Made by a program: the position numbers and the translations under genes
Source of the DNA: a virus
Length of the DNA: 64,000 nucleotides
Direction: 5' to 3' (one strand)
Virus record (IMG/VR): IMGVR_UViG_3300045988_179268
Location: 128,001-192,000 of that record
Shown here: piece after piece, positions 62,142-64,000 of the stretch
How the letters are laid out: each line of letters opens with the position of its first letter
Position numbering within the stretch: the stretch's first letter is position 1
Notes under the pieces: model-generated
Databases searched by the model: none
Told to the model about the DNA's origin: nothing
Seen by the model: the letters and a program-made list of their open reading frames with translations, nothing else

Positions 62142-62187
62142 GTAAATGCCTCACACCTAGATTAACGTCTAGGTGTGAGGCATTTAC
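62142..62187 (+). terminator. rho-independent terminator
   Basis: 19-bp perfect stem gtaaatgcctcacacctag / ctaggtgtgaggcatttac. Confidence 0.9.
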
Positions 62188-62208
62188 CATACCTGGCACA
62201 GGTTTGCG

Positions 62209-62217
62209 TGCTACAAT
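62209..62217 (+). promoter_or_regulatory. SigA-type promoter, extended -10
   Basis: TGCTACAAT, 45 nt upstream of ATG 62262. Confidence 0.6.
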
Positions 62218-62261
62218 GGAATAACTTTGACGAATCTAAATAAACACAATGGAGGGGCGAT

Positions 62262-63017
62262 ATGGCAATCCATATCCATAACAAAACCACATCAGACACC
62301 ACACCCAAGAAAAGAGGGCGTTCCTCACAGAAACAGGCAACAGCTGTTAGTTCGTGGCGCACACAAGAACTAACAGTCCATCCTCTCGCGTTGAACCACC
62401 CAAAACAGACACATACCCCATGTGAGAACGAAATTCAGGTCGATACCTGCAACCACCTCAAAGAAATGTCTCATAGTGAGTCGCCATTTATTGCAGAGTG
62501 GCTGGCAAACAACAGGATTGCCAAAGCCCTGCGGAAGAATAAGCGGTCACGGTCAAAAAAGTGGGAAACCATCAACCTTCTCTACGACCACTCCTTCAAC
62601 TTCATTGCAATGGACGAGATATATCACCACCCGAATGACAGGCTCCCACGCCTACAAGAGTACGCCGACCCCATGCATGAGCACCTTGAAGAAGCAGACG
62701 AATGGTTCACTAACCGAAGGGAGCTTGGCGATGATAACGGACTAATTGACGTAGAGTTTGATTCAGTAACCGAGTTATTGTCAGAGCTTACTCTAATGAT
62801 GGGGCGAAACCTCTACTTTTGGGATGCTGAATCTGTAGCACATGCTGAGAGTGAGCGACGTAAAGCAGAGGGGGTGAGCCTACTAGGAGGGATACACCTT
62901 CTTAAGAAAGGTGTCAGTGTTGATGACTTTATGATGGTATTACGCCCAGTTGCCGGAGTCATCATGCATTGGGTAGAGAGCGACGGGAACTGGGAGGCAG
63001 AATGCACTGATGTGTGA
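62262..63017 (+). CDS. hypothetical protein
   Basis: 251 aa, GGAGGGG RBS. Confidence 0.65.
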   Translation: MAIHIHNKTTSDTTPKKRGRSSQKQATAVSSWRTQELTVHPLALNHPKQTHTPCENEIQVDTCNHLKEMSHSESPFIAEWLANNRIAKALRKNKRSRSKKWETINLLYDHSFNFIAMDEIYHHPNDRLPRLQEYADPMHEHLEEADEWFTNRRELGDDNGLIDVEFDSVTELLSELTLMMGRNLYFWDAESVAHAESERRKAEGVSLLGGIHLLKKGVSVDDFMMVLRPVAGVIMHWVESDGNWEAECTDV

Positions 63018-63062
63018 CGCATCTTCACCCCCGCTTTCTAAATCATTTAGGAGAACAATAAA

Positions 63063-63626
63063 GTGACTACAATTCAGGCGACGTGGCGTAATGAACGCCC
63101 ATCAGTGTATCTCTACAACTACCAGGAAGCTGGTAGCGACAATGCTGTTGTGACCCGCAATGCGATTTACCCCAAACGCAAGCGACAGGAGCGCACTATA
63201 ACATCAGCAGACGTGGAGAAATATTACCACAGTGGCGATGAGGCATACTCGATTATTAAAAAACAGGTTATTCAAGGGCTGGCGAAGACCTATAGTGGTA
63301 GGCGCAACCTGAGAGATGTTATTGGTTTAGCAACAAGTGACCTTTTGGATAAGAACCCGTTATGCATTCCTTATGATAAGTTGGAAGAGTTCTTGGGTGA
63401 GCTAGACGCATTGCAGAAACCTTTGCGTCTAGATGGGTACCGCCACATTTTCTTAGGTATCCCCGACAGGGCGGTTTGGCATAAAGCTCTTTATGCAGAG
63501 GATACCTATAATCAGCGCCTCTCCAATATCTGCAAGAAGCTAAGTAATGGGCGCGTGTACTTTTGCACGATTGACGGCGGGCGCTTTGGGGAGCCGAATT
63601 TCAAAGCGACAACCCGAGATGTGTAA
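63063..63626 (+). CDS. hypothetical protein
   Basis: 187 aa, GTG start with AGGAG RBS. Confidence 0.6.
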   Translation: MTTIQATWRNERPSVYLYNYQEAGSDNAVVTRNAIYPKRKRQERTITSADVEKYYHSGDEAYSIIKKQVIQGLAKTYSGRRNLRDVIGLATSDLLDKNPLCIPYDKLEEFLGELDALQKPLRLDGYRHIFLGIPDRAVWHKALYAEDTYNQRLSNICKKLSNGRVYFCTIDGGRFGEPNFKATTRDV

Positions 63627-63639
63627 TTATACCTAAATC

Positions 63640-63650
63640 TGTGGTACACT
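63640..63650 (+). promoter_or_regulatory. SigA-type promoter, extended -10
   Basis: AAATCTGTGGTACACT. Confidence 0.7.
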
Positions 63651-63689
63651 TTAGATAAGTAATTGTCTTCCCCTAAGGAGTGCCCAACC

Positions 63690-63983
63690 ATGCAGAGCAA
63701 CAACCACAAGAACGACGAAATCATCAAGCGCCACATTGAGAACATCCTCAGTAAGAAGCATTCCTGGGAATATGGCGGCGAAGACTTCGGGAAGCCTGGC
63801 GATGTTATCATTGAATCTCTGACATACAACTCCAAAGGTGAGCCTGTGGTAGAAGCTATTCTCTCCTACGACAATAATCGCGGCTCCGCCTGGCAGACCG
63901 TCTGGGCGGTAACCATGCACAGCGCCACCGAATACACAGCAATTGAGGACGAATATTCCCGTGAAGAGTTCAGCTATCTATAA
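63690..63983 (+). CDS. small hypothetical protein
   Basis: 97 aa from ATG 63690 (AAGGAG RBS 9 nt upstream). The track start at 63663 is a TTG. Confidence 0.65.
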   Translation: MQSNNHKNDEIIKRHIENILSKKHSWEYGGEDFGKPGDVIIESLTYNSKGEPVVEAILSYDNNRGSAWQTVWAVTMHSATEYTAIEDEYSREEFSYL

Positions 63984-64000
63984 GTCCCTGGCTAATGTAA

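Overview
This window looks like part of a large actinobacterial mobile replicon, either a conjugative plasmid or an ICE-like element. The promoter and ribosome-binding-site grammar fits the Corynebacterium-type extended -10 (TGnGnTAnAnT) with a GAAAGG Shine-Dalgarno. About 79 protein-coding genes can be supported, and most have no recognisable function. They are arranged as many short mono- or bicistronic units. Each unit has a near-consensus promoter, often a conserved 60-80 nt leader, and a strong hairpin terminator.

Recognisable content:
- three secretion/conjugation-type ATPases at the left edge (VirB4/TraC-like, ParA/TadZ-like, PilT/VirB11-like)
- a Replic_Relax-like protein
- a solo TnpB gene (IS200/IS605 family)
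- a Bax-inhibitor-1/YccA-like membrane protein
- a left-handed beta-helix repeat protein
- lipoproteins, and many small membrane or very acidic proteins
- at least four multi-copy paralog families

Most unusual observations:
1. A ~12-kb domain (5.46-17.45 kb) has extreme keto/amino (GT vs AC) strand asymmetry. The polarity flips within about 50 bp at ~13.56 kb, next to a perfect 63-bp direct repeat plus hairpin module. This is a candidate origin, ssDNA-exposed region or hypermutated region.
2. Three paralogous ~190-210 nt structured RNAs start at 30.72, 31.54 and 33.08 kb. Each has its own promoter, and the copies differ by compensatory base changes.
3. Two further small RNA units are delimited by a promoter and a terminator.

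No rRNA, tRNA or CRISPR array was seen. All coordinates and counts were derived by hand from the sequence, and no database search was possible.
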